Virus record (IMG/VR): IMGVR_UViG_3300030392_001100
Location: 1-50,558 of that record
DNA length: 50,558 nt
Direction: 5' to 3' (one strand)
From: a virus
Taxonomy: Duplodnaviria > Caudoviricetes
The first letter of the stretch is position 1. Each line of letters begins with the position of its first letter. Position numbers and translations under genes: made by a program. This document shows, in pieces, positions 26,301 through 32,615 of this stretch. Under the pieces are notes generated by a model. The model made no database searches and was not told the origin of the DNA. It worked only from the letters and a program-made list of their open reading frames with translations.

Positions 26301-27506
26301 CTTCGGGATGTCCACTGGAGCGAGCATCAGGTACTGATTGCGGAACTGCTCCTGGAGGAACTTCACATGATCAGGATTGGCGTCAGCTTCCTGCTGCGAA
26401 ACACTGTCCTTCGCTGCCTGCACGCTGACCATGGTGTCAAAGTTCATGCCAACATCAGCCAACTCAAGCTGCCTTGACATCCGCTCTTTGTCTCCCTCGG
26501 CCCAATCCGGATCGACCTGACCGTGAAGCCAACTGTAGAGATCAAACGCCCTTGACTTGACTGATGCTCTTGTGGCCAAGGCGACCAAACCCCTCGGGGC
26601 CACCAACTGTGTCGGGGCCGCAAGCTTTCCGGGGATAAGCATGGAGTGCGCCTCTCCCTCACTGGCCTTGATTAGCGGTACTGACTCCCAGAACTCATCC
26701 TTGTCATAAGAAAATGCAACACCCGTGCCGGCATACCCCATCCCAGCGCCAAACAGCGCCGAGAAGCCGGCCCCAACAGCACCCATTGGGCCGAGGGCAG
26801 AGCCAGCAAGCATCGCGCTAGCGACTGGAGTAAGCCCACCGACTAGCCCACCAACGATCGCGCCTGTTTTAAGCTGCTCCTCAGTCGCTCTTGGGTTTTC
26901 TGGGAGGTACAGCCCCTGAGACTGGACATCTTCGAGTGGACGAGTGCCCTGGGTGCCCTCCCAACTCTCTATGGCTTGCTCACTGATGCCCATGTCGCGC
27001 ATTTGAGCGTACATGCGCTGGCGCACGGTAATCATTTCCTCCATCGGCGCAGCGGGCGGCTCTCCCTCCTCTGCTTCCTTCGGCATTTGAATGACTCTGC
27101 GGCCTACGACGCGAGACAGCTTGCCTCTGGATGCCCTGCTCACCAGATCCGGATCAGGGCCCCGATAGGGTGGCAGATACTTGAACTTGTCGGACTCATG
27201 CTTGGCTAGCACGCGCGCCCGATCTGGATCGATGCCAGGGTGCGCCTGAAGGATCGAGTATTCAACATTCTGGTGGTACTCGTTGACGAGCGCCTGGTAC
27301 TCGCCCAGTTCGTTGCCCGAAACAGGCTGGCGCGCGTACTCAGGGGGCTCTATCCTCGCTGGCTCAGCGGGCTTAGTGGGAGGCATTGCGTCCTCACCGC
27401 CGAACGGCTCCATGGCGCCAGACGATAGTGCGCGCTCGAGGACCTCCTCGTCGGTGACCCCGGTGTAGTCATCTCCGATGACCTCAGGCTGTTGCTCGTC
27501 TGCCAT
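11391..27506 (-). CDS. Giant (5371 aa) polyvalent internal virion/ejection protein with JAB, GHKL ATPase, HExxH, ParB-like, HhH-GPD-like, MPTase and LPD38-like regions
   Basis: Uninterrupted 16.1-kb ORF after the ejection-protein genes; motifs HVHPTGTPPSPGD, KELVQNAWD/DNGSGM/GGYGKAKMGF, HEATH, DGRHR, GMGTKTSSF...AIDVHM, HENGH...EQIAE, DYSALTDFER...LFYSY. Confidence 0.85.
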   Translation of the reverse strand: MADEQQPEVIGDDYTGVTDEEVLERALSSGAMEPFGGEDAMPPTKPAEPARIEPPEYARQPVSGNELGEYQALVNEYHQNVEYSILQAHPGIDPDRARVLAKHESDKFKYLPPYRGPDPDLVSRASRGKLSRVVGRRVIQMPKEAEEGEPPAAPMEEMITVRQRMYAQMRDMGISEQAIESWEGTQGTRPLEDVQSQGLYLPENPRATEEQLKTGAIVGGLVGGLTPVASAMLAGSALGPMGAVGAGFSALFGAGMGYAGTGVAFSYDKDEFWESVPLIKASEGEAHSMLIPGKLAAPTQLVAPRGLVALATRASVKSRAFDLYSWLHGQVDPDWAEGDKERMSRQLELADVGMNFDTMVSVQAAKDSVSQQEADANPDHVKFLQEQFRNQYLMLAPVDIPKQAYVDHRVTVERAIRETWPDMDDSWVRRQINTVTTVQPRSLRNVLLKTPLLVDREDLRSLQRAIGQVEAGADDDKIQESLDAVPFWELAEAGLLLNRIRRGGKQVIVHAMPSPESIAKSARAAHELRGATGGHAGEIMERAFGEMMLKRVKDNEKVGAVNVVESNFGRTMRVIMGLQELWLEAPIPYITPAGIDFAYGLGIRTIGSAYLDRVFAAVASGSGGLTWNQMALAHRAGWDRRSTKYAVTQNLAVLLDWIFPWEEFSAAVPISAGMSAHRMATIPRRLIPKGVPRTKMYMAMASPPAYRMYHKLVYGTDKAPKYADSYSVSNHVIMAMIKESVLSGNIHKSPMQKLIRSQLEVVAGRLGVEGGYEALEDLVMGVSRQTFGSMINSVNEIVERGTPTARGLRAGEGYNAVFEQIRKLSEEGIIEQDHVGLYMALMEIEGMRFAQDPKLPSIKTPEDYFNKVRHLVGGTPGPNARYSGIHPEVRSVGAETLGRVHAGEPTAAAPEVPELPPPTAGKTEAERVAIAKARSEHERVGEGIIDREFSPEGEVFEVTTRATRYGKETKVEHEQVRTGLSQAIRANMGDAAADAFDAEIAILRDYEFAKRTAEKPAAPVAEESLSFMHTLDMHSILRLGERLGIEIDSPAFQSKLEELGFAELPLHNQAGMALVYSAMQLGRFGGDPAKLPRAMDPKFEKSPLDYDEPSVGPITADMDLGELEGALIGSEMEHGAWVDALSGKQVGRRRGEVSHVPLEPEDYIRSSLHQNLIFTHVHPTGTPPSPGDIVGGMLGDSASIRAIGAPDGIGFVLDRPAGEAGWGPDWNLAERVRDKGAIGGWNEFAASGVVQQMDASLTEARNVGLMQAIHLYADDIEAATGSRERAVRFREVAVEYFSGIIGRRGYDPGRLEKHIGGESAYDAEAFKQRISERVVENYEDVLEEAGINARFRRTSAGGASQPGLRAQSDIGAISRELEGYREELAGAGKRIAEAPDAESIQKDMFGKKVDEAPEPEAPEPAIRPDPQEELATFAADQVVEVIRAYMRYEPKHLQSPTLEGVASWVIDEAEVFQGGYAALFEPGPGRRYTPFAELVLDKVREIIPESELPRHVRRPLSEGEKRDADSVADDFAMNIRSAVHHHPEQAGRSIEDHVSNQLDGWYPDNPETTINYDFDDVGMYRGTWTPFSERVLDKVREIIPESEIPRAEVLDPRFEGPERFDWYLNQLRDEVARSAVLTRIEALEGGEELADHFADSIVREIVSAGEAYEYSLTDNLTEFEDHINGHRHLYKDVDDETWGMVAEMVHSKLPQRRPPWWALAQERKVAEIAAQLDQIKYEGTGQVEELPEGGIEETIAFKNDIERQSQQEGLNMYKAGWADVTIKELVQNAWDGVDGSMYLGEMSPGEGRIDVTIDHNDRSITVADNGSGMLRDVVKDAFFTASGSYKGDLPPGRRSGGYGKAKMGFLFGSRALELVTVRNGQKTVARVTPDIILSGKIKIKTTQTTEPNGTSVKAWAFDEYVEYAGKSHEYKAEVQLPSIDGDTTPFFTKPLIGDVQIREHHVTRENWGEGDVVVTTRDPGKVLGRDFDADEFKLWTTATFDWGEADIYVGNTKLDKISWTSRQVLSAGVWQFDRASLPLMGTLPYHLIFDVKPNVDTIDGSYPFNMTREEYRSTILADIQAMEGFLAEYGHGLEAAETSDVFKTAIPMERVNLDDLMAGGEQVQPRFLPETRKLERSVEIEEIMAGMKPAIRISEGEVKTSERQIAESFEAKKEFKTAKDFIDTVAVDPKRPLFHNNTTLEIPESAEPMLAKIGSIIVEFKERMAKVPGYGGLSDPMKPYASGISLDKTYEGVHIRVPYRAFFLNPLMNVAKSDKGVVGAWWSVLIHEATHMRKSGHGDPFVREEINIHTRLADLEVEEPIKRAMRRVLDEHWDDYKALRDSYEQFGTKNVAKSLEPGEKLPAEGRAGVRDRLPGAKGDDGGAPRGRLEQVEGGPERGAEPGPREPEPTAADIIYSNVIRPRGVEPEAPAAAKLPETPEEINEAFKAMSDVQRYEGPEQAAMRIRESDVRVPEYGHQVEHIGDLLHRMGKKGDEKQRGYGTIRGKIHGMAEQIGGFLTHRGKPYSLLDGMKSQHAREVAAGARSDKWADVEAELRRLGQEYADEHRKIPVYNEVQRLANDAAVALGEFRFEDAGRALKKLDDYLDEGVRAWAVRASRIEPEFARPGVAEAERVGLTYLERAHDGGYRTIHADVAKLDADWAKDSGFYVPRREDIDATSGKGKASIAKLDRFLAFARSGQPIEVPRVSLGPDAEKPVGFSDGRHRFAALRDQGETTVPVQVPAENALEFATRYGVEPGMMKPPVESRGPSRLLVGISGARGEFPEVGIRYSRYRALLRDLKKLDEQARTKQGGRYTEMQLNARDSIHAELDQVLTEVYNIFKPDLNRVLTENAHPDDIQLGGVRGPDLDEGGLPGWGGEPGQPFVQLELGGDLTMIRGRLSQFSKAYKQESLVIRESTGSSDLPEGYLDDVSAPISAETVADLLFNGPDGGPRAPTMRIELNDRIMARPELADFLRVAELEQAGIALARSADSIELVYLPEMSSRPVSPAEFLTITRHAVAALSDFAEANGLGTVAAGHIRENIYVNAPEGGRAHGAYEIKGYDDAISEGLQAEDIRHTSRAGFDVSLEEGVKGSNLARSQTANRGASDKGAPGRGTDGERLPDPTPARHSEVVRDLTPELGRHLDIEGGKPHEAVGKAIGQRLDQSGLSKDAIDEAKKRLQPDKVAALKVVSQKVELELSLPDDPNGPPRSISFNVRFVRTDRSVALVPGGTEGTFSFPDLDYVTRRPIMLDPKFNLQDIENMPGKDASRLRKIYKSAGIPEDIIDEALGFTMPEDRVYSNADIAAVMRAASEAYEDLTIALYRKHLNSMGTTKYRPEAPEAGATPSQAYLDRLNVHAVDQLGILILAMTSAGTNITENQLLTAAIRPRTRAQLKQTANLIRESRGRKRAWFENRAKDVRRFTPEELEGQDLDALSKVYVEVGLPRDAAEQLVGRGEAVYGESVIDAYLDEARAIYEDLSREEAQYLVGLAITAGSKADAKYIHKGILAEVRGGGFRKWWEPGTPFQAWEWDTLKKLNEKAYRDARVDVIGRMDRIELEMDTARQDIDADKALLKTEKAKARKTSIRKRIKQSEAGIKRRELEYESLREFLRYTAGEFIPSSPVARLTEGFVARSQIDPRLIADLLVAFDEDLARVESGKQQYLWFEPHPDEMFDEFIMRVQSSTRGMGTKTSSFALSLTDPANSNVAAIDVHMIRKYWRSIIPDASKRVRDWYKMWKQGRGESDPGVGASKQTIATRQDVDFKDYFENYSSDWVARTQATLAPRPVKVRARGIEIDVGARRKELTMARAALSAGRTAGVGAKDMRRLGRGVERAESLLNVQRAVTKWDKLYPDHPLVQAIKDGEARVTTDAYTRAVNVIRNDPTAKDAGLSTFGAQWLRWDQIRRYYEPEMTVAPGASSIPGQSAAALMELRRELAELHFFRNAGKTSLDPEVRLYSHEPGVGHRIMFSGDPEAPRGAFEIDQTTGDLLIRMFKTGDIGVLFHENGHLLEAILGAQWRDDLYSHYPTKVYPELIEQDLIAGMGWWEFPGRRLTPEASEQIAEAWKWFLLTRIGPGGPVRRKFVELYRTMQDYWLRVRNQPDVLSGRMVDLFDAYFRPTDVAAAGAVGLVAASREARMPRVNLDADMGRRWNEGGTRKAQQKMSWERIDTRELHLRQAMDLPEDVTEVDAIDLFSKMYAYVATEQIRKLSGPTELVGITVRSHVPASRLKSIDKQVRDRTIYYMQLHPKEVAKLVTTEVRDGVEFEVYELNEAQAAGFKRMVEDMAGEPMGNIIYARMLEPDYDYSRPTPTEYNNALEVMNDVVAGAGSRKTGYSERISPSMGYAVWNMFKSAVNNLADDKRWRVVEGSRDWIRSWFSLGEELSQIDPIVRTLLQGGARRMADAPDWVRRRAREIARAARAEPGHEGPTEQRIHAKIINELRESLEWPIHPSKIWLDESKTSPLLDMRSKFKDLKRVEDNRRRRWDSENPDKFPNADEYADFTTEELFADLDQIKMLLREEGNLLPEPVAIAIDTLEIYKKRLRTQSLEDLNEFEQFEFGGAIDDIHYALDKKVEVAREKAYEIASSISGSEKSGLYAGLSLPQEMQLYHWFFNGELEELIDFVSQRGYHTGLEKDRMSRIDMSEVMLEMIIRMKATQEFNRLLEDLTRYNLRFDVRDLDSAKQFGPNFDKAAYAERVKHYLSSTLAGDRSTRNLWRNRKRVATIKPNAPDPSNYPKRDRVPGPLDGADKLHDMRAYLKAMEIIDLWGIGTFSGKWETFTAPDGTEIFIPSAAKEHLQSAIDRAAGVGNTYGRSSLSKKFLPERRGLPLKDPKIAEKIERDKDVIAWSAVGKTVNWLWNMNPITAARIKMGVTTGIIIPNAAYYVSVGVGAWFQMYQGLGLLRSITAAFPTRMTFAVVARLFKEGGYRPNAPAIVTNDGRIYTSSMLAEMAQRYGLNQSFIKIETVGAIADDIAKMTPSGVLDRITSGFSGWQDTLIESATAIDNYFRVGTFISELKRGASPDAAASLARKVGYDYSALTDFERKSMRDIILFYSYMRKNQDLFWDTVLTHPSRVINQARLMRGIQQVNLEEDPEIVLPEYLKGRLPVYFRDIGKQTHLNRQVMFILPPLPFTDAVGLWVDVLGSAEAMTSAARDTEHLRGMMSRLTPWIQAGPVFMFNEDIFFERDLDKYNRVPAFFVEADYMLTGGMVVEDILDIDDQPMYEPLTEDFPGLGFYHARNGKYWWVLRRLIQTPGFGRSMDVIESLDRSNIGAVEIAMEGLRTVRMHGVRHGYLDYPRPARVKLPSDISPDLAGPRAGELSGPEELSAFFGVRPIPIAQEDVMWARYLRRHSYDVKDQIKKEEEGDIYTRR
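22699..23042. repeat. 56-bp direct repeat (22699-22754 and 22987-23042), 2 mismatches, 288-bp period, inside the giant gene
   Basis: tcagactcggggatgatctcacgaaccttgtccagcaca is identical over 39 nt; encodes TPF(A/S)E(L/R)VLDKVREIIPESE twice. Confidence 0.9.
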
Positions 27507-27511
27507 CGCAA

Positions 27512-27536
27512 TCCCTGCCCTCAGGGAAGCATAACA
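27512..27536 (-). promoter_or_regulatory. Extended -10 promoter TGTTATGCT plus RBS-covering hairpin upstream of the giant gene
   Basis: TGTTATGCT at 27536-27528; TCCCTG-AGGG-CAGGGA at 27527-27512; ATG at 27506. Confidence 0.5.
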
Positions 27537-29237
27537 TCAGTCAGCAGACTGACCCCCGGATTGTTCCTGGATCATCCGCTGGATTCTGAACTGCTCGATA
27601 GCTTGCTTGAGTTGCAGCAACCTTGCGGCGTCTGCGCGGGCTGCGAATTCTTTGCGACTTAAAAGCGCCATTCCGTAGCTGTGGCGCCGGGCACTGCGTC
27701 CAAGCTCTCTTGGGGCGAGCATGGCAACATCAACGCCAAGAGCGGATATTTCATCTTCTTTTATTCCTGCGGCCTCATTCGCGAACTTCTGCGCTCTGTC
27801 CAGTTCCTTATCCTCGAAGAGTCCGAGGATATTGTGGAGTTCGGCCAAAGTGGCATCATCGATGAGTTCCAGCCTGCTTCTCAACGTCTCAAAAAAATCA
27901 GGAGGCCGGTAATCCCTTGGGTGGGCCCCGCTGGCTTCACGGATCGCGTTGATCTCACGGTAGTTTGCCGGCCTTGGAACCTGCTGAAGTAGCCGATAAG
28001 ACTCATTTGGAACCGGAATAATCCGCCGATCAGCCTCGGCAGGCGTCTCAACGAGGCCCTCCCAGCTAAATCCAGGATCAATTGACATGTCCGTCAAGAC
28101 CTGGACCGCATCCCTGTACGCTTCGCGGGCCGTGTCTGCCCATCTGTCTGCCTCAAAGAAGTCATCGTATGATTTTTGTAGATTGGTGTTCAGTTCAGGC
28201 TTTGGTGCCAGGGCCCTCCACTCCTCCTCGCGCTCCCTGCCGGTGGCCTTCTCTTCGTATTCCTCCATCCGCAGTCTAGCGTTGCTGAACGCAGTTGCGG
28301 CGGGAATGACGGCGGCTTCAGCTTTCTTGAAGTGCCCACGAAGTGTGTCATAAAGCTGTTTCTGCTCTACAGCGGTCTTGACACTTAACTGTTGACGCAT
28401 CTCGCCAAGAAGCGTCCCAGAGTACCGCTCTTCTTTCTCTCCTTCCGGGAAGAACTCGTGCGGGTACATGGTTCCAACCTCTGACTCCGAGACTTGGTGT
28501 GGCTTCTCCTCCGAGGGGGATCCCCTTAGTGCTTCCGCTGTGGGCCCGTGCCAAGGGACAGGCCGGTCATCAAGGGCCCCCGCTTCTGGCGCATCTGGCT
28601 GATACCCTGCGTAGCGCAGAATGGTGTCAGTGAACCATTCTGAAACATCTGCTTCAGCCATCGGTGGCGTGGCGGGGGCGGCTATGGCCGGGGGCGCTTC
28701 GGCTGCCTCAACAGCAGGCTCCGGCCCCGGTGCTGGCGGCCCTTGTAGCGCCTCGTGTTCGGCCTTTGACCTATCCCACAGTTGCTGGTTGGATTGCAGC
28801 CAGGTCCGACCCTCTCTCGCGAGAACCGGATCCCCGGTAGCCTCACCCTGCGCGATCTCGAGTTCGTGAAACTTTTTCTTCGCGCCGTAGTACGTATCGG
28901 CCACACCGTACCACTGCCCGATCGTCTCTGGATCATGCCCTTGAAGGTACTCTGGATGGGTTTTGCCTTGTTCCTTCGCTAATTGTTGCAGCCCCGAAAA
29001 GGTTTCCCAGGCAGCGACCTTCTTTGTTTCCGCATCCTGAAGCCGGCTCTCTAGTGTCTTGTCAGCATCAGCATCAACATCAGCATCAGCGTCGGCATCA
29101 ACGTCTGCATCGGCAGCAGGCGGAGCGGCAGGCGGAGCGGCAGGCTCGGCAGCAGGCGGAGCCACGTCGGACCACGACTTGATTATGGTTTCCCAGGCAT
29201 CCTTGGCCCGTGGCTCCTCTCGTGCCGGTGCAGCCAT
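27537..29237 (-). CDS. Putative internal virion protein, alpha-helical with low-complexity N-terminus
   Basis: 566 aa; PAAPPAA and ADADVD repeats; lies between other ejection-protein candidates. Confidence 0.7.
   Translation of the reverse strand: MAAPAREEPRAKDAWETIIKSWSDVAPPAAEPAAPPAAPPAADADVDADADADVDADADKTLESRLQDAETKKVAAWETFSGLQQLAKEQGKTHPEYLQGHDPETIGQWYGVADTYYGAKKKFHELEIAQGEATGDPVLAREGRTWLQSNQQLWDRSKAEHEALQGPPAPGPEPAVEAAEAPPAIAAPATPPMAEADVSEWFTDTILRYAGYQPDAPEAGALDDRPVPWHGPTAEALRGSPSEEKPHQVSESEVGTMYPHEFFPEGEKEERYSGTLLGEMRQQLSVKTAVEQKQLYDTLRGHFKKAEAAVIPAATAFSNARLRMEEYEEKATGREREEEWRALAPKPELNTNLQKSYDDFFEADRWADTAREAYRDAVQVLTDMSIDPGFSWEGLVETPAEADRRIIPVPNESYRLLQQVPRPANYREINAIREASGAHPRDYRPPDFFETLRSRLELIDDATLAELHNILGLFEDKELDRAQKFANEAAGIKEDEISALGVDVAMLAPRELGRSARRHSYGMALLSRKEFAARADAARLLQLKQAIEQFRIQRMIQEQSGGQSAD
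29060..29162. repeat. Coding short tandem repeats (6-bp AD/VD units and 12-bp PPAA units)
   Basis: tcagcatcagcatcaacatcagcatcagcg... and ggcaggcggagc repeats. Confidence 0.8.
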
Positions 29238-31657
29238 CAGGGTGTATCTATCGGGCGGTCGCTGGTGGGCCAGGGAGAGCCCTCCGGCCGAGAAGCTATG
29301 TTCTCTATCTGTCTAATCCTCTTATTGACCTCCTTTAGCTGAGCGATTTCCCCTGTATCGTCAGGGGGAGACTCAGTAAGAGACTCGCCGCCCTGAGGGA
29401 CGTAGTAGCCCGGTGACGAGGTAGCAATATCCCGCAGAAGCGCCTTTTGGGCTGCCGCCCACCTTTCCTTGGCCTCCTTCTTGGCTGTGATGATCTCTGC
29501 AAGTCTGTCACGCTGTTTAGCGAGCACGTTCAGCTTGGCGGCTTGATCCTTCGTAAGATAGCCGCCCTTCTCGCTCAGGAACAAATTTGCGAAAGATGAT
29601 CTGGGGCTGCGCTGCTCCTTACCGAACTCGCCCGCGCTGTACGCGGCTTGAACAGCGGCTTGAGCGGGGGCAACAGCGGGCGTCGTGAGGCTGCGTTCCG
29701 TTTCCTCGACGATCATCCTCAATCTATCGACTTCATTTTGTAGTGCTTGAGTCTTAACCAACTTTGGATCCAGGGTGTCACTTTCATCTGAAAGGACTTC
29801 GCCCTTAAACTCCTCCAGCGCGCTCTCTCGCTCGCCCAGCGCGCTCTTTCGCTCCTTAAGAAGGAGCAGACTTGGCGCGTCTTCACCTCTACCTGTCCCG
29901 TATACATAGCCAAGCAGCGCGTCCATTCGGCCAACCACCGCCCTGTATGCCTCGCCACCCTTCTCAAGGTGCTTTTCCCGGCGGTCCAACTGCTGCTTAG
30001 CCCACGCCGCAAGCTCGCCTGGATTGGCGCCCTTAAGCGCATCTATATGCGCTTGTGTGGTCTCAGTGAGCGGCCAGCGATCGGCAGGCCACCAGTCGGG
30101 ATCTCGCGTCTCTGGATATTTCTCGACTCTGGCCTTAAACTTCTTCCCGCTGAAGCCTGGCGTTCCGGGCATGTCCTCCGGTTCAAGCTCCTCAGTAAGC
30201 GAGCCAACTCCACGTTGCGCGAGCGTGATCACCTGATCGTGGAGGTTGCCAAAGGCCATTGGATCCTGCGAGGCGTACGCCTTCTCAATCGCTCGCATAA
30301 TCGCTGCGCCGGTCTGGCCGTACCTATCCGGAGCCTGTTTGATCATCGTATAGATCCCGAAAAGCTCATCGATGGCCTGTTCCGAGGCTCGACCGTACCC
30401 TCTCGAGTATTCCCTGAATTTGTCCACCGCCTGACCCAGCATGCGGACTGAGCTAGGATTGCCAGGCAAGGGAAAGTCAGCGCCAAGGGCCGCGCCAGCA
30501 GGGACAGCACCGCCCTCTATGTCGATCTCCTCCAGCCTTCTGATGTCCCCGATTGCCTCTACATCCACCTCGCCATGCTCACCCCAGTAGTCCTGCACTG
30601 ACTCCATGTAGTTCTGGAAGACTGTCGGCCTGATCTGGCCCACCTCGCCCAGAATCTCCCAGTCGCGCTGCCAGCCTGGCTCTCGCGTGTAGCTGGGAGC
30701 TATCCACGACTTCATGTAGGAGCCAATCGCGGTCTCACGGTACTCCCGCTGCATCTGTTTACGCTCTGCGCGGACCTCCCTGAGTTGGCCCTTCTCACTC
30801 TGCAGCATCTCCTGAAGGTATCCAATCGGGGCCTCGCCGGCCGTCAGTCCAGCGGGGGCCCGCTTGTCGGCCTTGAACTGATCACTGAGGATCTGAAGCG
30901 CTTCATTTGATGCTGGTGAGCCGGGGACACCTAGCTGGGCACTGGCCCGATTGACAGCTTCTTCGGCCCAGGTCATGGCATTCAGTTGCGGCTTCGACTG
31001 GTAAAACGCCTGCAAAGGGTTGTCCGCATAGAGCGAGGGCATCCAACCACCAAATTGCTTGCGCATCGCATCGACGGCGGCCGTGTGTCCTTTGTTTATG
31101 GCGACCTGCATAACCTGAGCGGCCAGCCACTCTTGCTTGATTGTGTCATCCGGCTCTCTGGATATAAATCCATTGATTGCAGGAATATAGTGCTGCGGGG
31201 AGCCGGCAGCGCCTGCGCTCTTGGGAACCTGCGCAAGCACGCCCTGAACAGCCTGGCGACTTGGCTGGTGTGCAGCGGTATACCCGGCCTGCCCATCCAT
31301 AGCCGTTTCGTAGAGGCCCTTAATAAGATTTGCCTTATGCTGAAAGTGCCTCGAGCTTTTTGCGACCTCCTGCACACGAATGGCGCCCCAGGCCTTTATG
31401 CGGGCCACGTCCATTCGACCCTTGGTCTGAAGGCCCTCGCGCTGGATCCGCGCGATCTGCTCCTGAAGTTGACCTATGTTTTTGATATGCCCCTGCTCAA
31501 GTTTGATCAGGTTCGTCGGATCAAGTGCAGCAAGTTTGCGCTTGATCATCAAATTGTGGTCTTCTTTCCGCTGAGCCAAGAACCCAGTCAGGTACTCGCC
31601 CAGGAAGGACTTACCTACACTGAACGCGGTGGATGGATAAAAGGATTGAACAGCCAT
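29237..31657 (-). CDS. Putative internal virion (ejection) protein
   Basis: 806 aa, helical/coiled-coil, coupled to neighbours. Confidence 0.7.
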   Translation of the reverse strand: MAVQSFYPSTAFSVGKSFLGEYLTGFLAQRKEDHNLMIKRKLAALDPTNLIKLEQGHIKNIGQLQEQIARIQREGLQTKGRMDVARIKAWGAIRVQEVAKSSRHFQHKANLIKGLYETAMDGQAGYTAAHQPSRQAVQGVLAQVPKSAGAAGSPQHYIPAINGFISREPDDTIKQEWLAAQVMQVAINKGHTAAVDAMRKQFGGWMPSLYADNPLQAFYQSKPQLNAMTWAEEAVNRASAQLGVPGSPASNEALQILSDQFKADKRAPAGLTAGEAPIGYLQEMLQSEKGQLREVRAERKQMQREYRETAIGSYMKSWIAPSYTREPGWQRDWEILGEVGQIRPTVFQNYMESVQDYWGEHGEVDVEAIGDIRRLEEIDIEGGAVPAGAALGADFPLPGNPSSVRMLGQAVDKFREYSRGYGRASEQAIDELFGIYTMIKQAPDRYGQTGAAIMRAIEKAYASQDPMAFGNLHDQVITLAQRGVGSLTEELEPEDMPGTPGFSGKKFKARVEKYPETRDPDWWPADRWPLTETTQAHIDALKGANPGELAAWAKQQLDRREKHLEKGGEAYRAVVGRMDALLGYVYGTGRGEDAPSLLLLKERKSALGERESALEEFKGEVLSDESDTLDPKLVKTQALQNEVDRLRMIVEETERSLTTPAVAPAQAAVQAAYSAGEFGKEQRSPRSSFANLFLSEKGGYLTKDQAAKLNVLAKQRDRLAEIITAKKEAKERWAAAQKALLRDIATSSPGYYVPQGGESLTESPPDDTGEIAQLKEVNKRIRQIENIASRPEGSPWPTSDRPIDTP

Positions 31658-31660
31658 GAT

Positions 31661-32614
31661 TTACGGTATCGTTGGTTCGGTTTGTTGCTCTGTCAGCGCT
31701 GATGTCACGAACTGCCTACGCTGGCCAGGCCCCATGTCCCGCGCCATTTGAGCCATCATGATGGCGTTTTCTGGGCCATAAATGCGAACCATCTTCTCCA
31801 TCTGCTCTGGAGAGATAGTCTTGACGGGAATAGAAGCAACGAGTTGACCGAGAGGCTTTGCCACAGCAGGGATCGCCTGCATCACCAGTGCCTTCCGCTT
31901 GTCCTGCTGGATGCCCTCGTAGGCCTCACGCTCAGCTAGCTCTTGGCGCATCTGCTGCGCGCGCTGAACGTCAGCTTCAACGAGGAACTGCCCAGCCTTT
32001 TGCCCAGCCTCTGAAAGTGCTCGACGTGACTCTCGCTGGCCTCTGGCCAGTGTGGCCGCAGAGCGGGTTGTCGGAGCCCCGGCTGTCCGCGCCTCTTCCG
32101 CCTTCTGCATCTGTGAGATCAGTGCACGTGGCGCCTCCATTACTTGACGGGCATGCCGGGCGTACTCGGCCCGACTCAAGCCCATTCTTCCGCGCCTGAG
32201 GGCCGCGATCTTGCGCGCGTTCTCTAGTTCAGTTTCTGTTTTGGAAAGCCCAACCCCAAGACGGGCCGCCTCTCCTAAAATGCCAACTCCGGCGGTGGCA
32301 ACATCGCGACCAAGCTGGGCTTTGCCCATGTGCGGGATGGCCTTCGCCATGGCCGCTGCTGCTTTGTCTCGCCGTGCCCAGTAGGCGGCCTGCCCGGCCG
32401 GCATTCCTTGCGAGAAGCGCGTTCGAAAGTCGGGTAGGGTCCCAATCTCGCCCGCTGCTGGCGGAATCGGCGCGCGCAGGTGCTGTCTCAGAGCCATGGT
32501 CTCCAAGCCGATCGGCACGCCAGAAACTGCCACCTGGTCACGCGGGATAGGGTCTCCAAGATAGTCGTAAGTAGGCGTGTAGCTTCGACTCGTTCTGGAA
32601 TCCCATGGCGCCAT
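31661..32614 (-). CDS. Putative internal virion (ejection) protein
   Basis: ATG at 32614 after GGAGG; Ala/Gln/Arg-rich helical sequence. Confidence 0.65.
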   Translation of the reverse strand: MAPWDSRTSRSYTPTYDYLGDPIPRDQVAVSGVPIGLETMALRQHLRAPIPPAAGEIGTLPDFRTRFSQGMPAGQAAYWARRDKAAAAMAKAIPHMGKAQLGRDVATAGVGILGEAARLGVGLSKTETELENARKIAALRRGRMGLSRAEYARHARQVMEAPRALISQMQKAEEARTAGAPTTRSAATLARGQRESRRALSEAGQKAGQFLVEADVQRAQQMRQELAEREAYEGIQQDKRKALVMQAIPAVAKPLGQLVASIPVKTISPEQMEKMVRIYGPENAIMMAQMARDMGPGQRRQFVTSALTEQQTEPTIP

Positions 32615-32615
32615 C

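Noticed and set aside
11391-27506. Tape-measure protein or N4-like virion RNA polymerase
   Set aside because: No tail tube or sheath genes and no recognisable RNA polymerase motifs; the enzymatic modules and C-terminus fit a polyvalent protein
29060-29162. CRISPR-like array (also 1-70, 44932-44964, 45503-45556)
   Set aside because: Repeat units are multiples of 3 without unique spacers and encode low-complexity peptide
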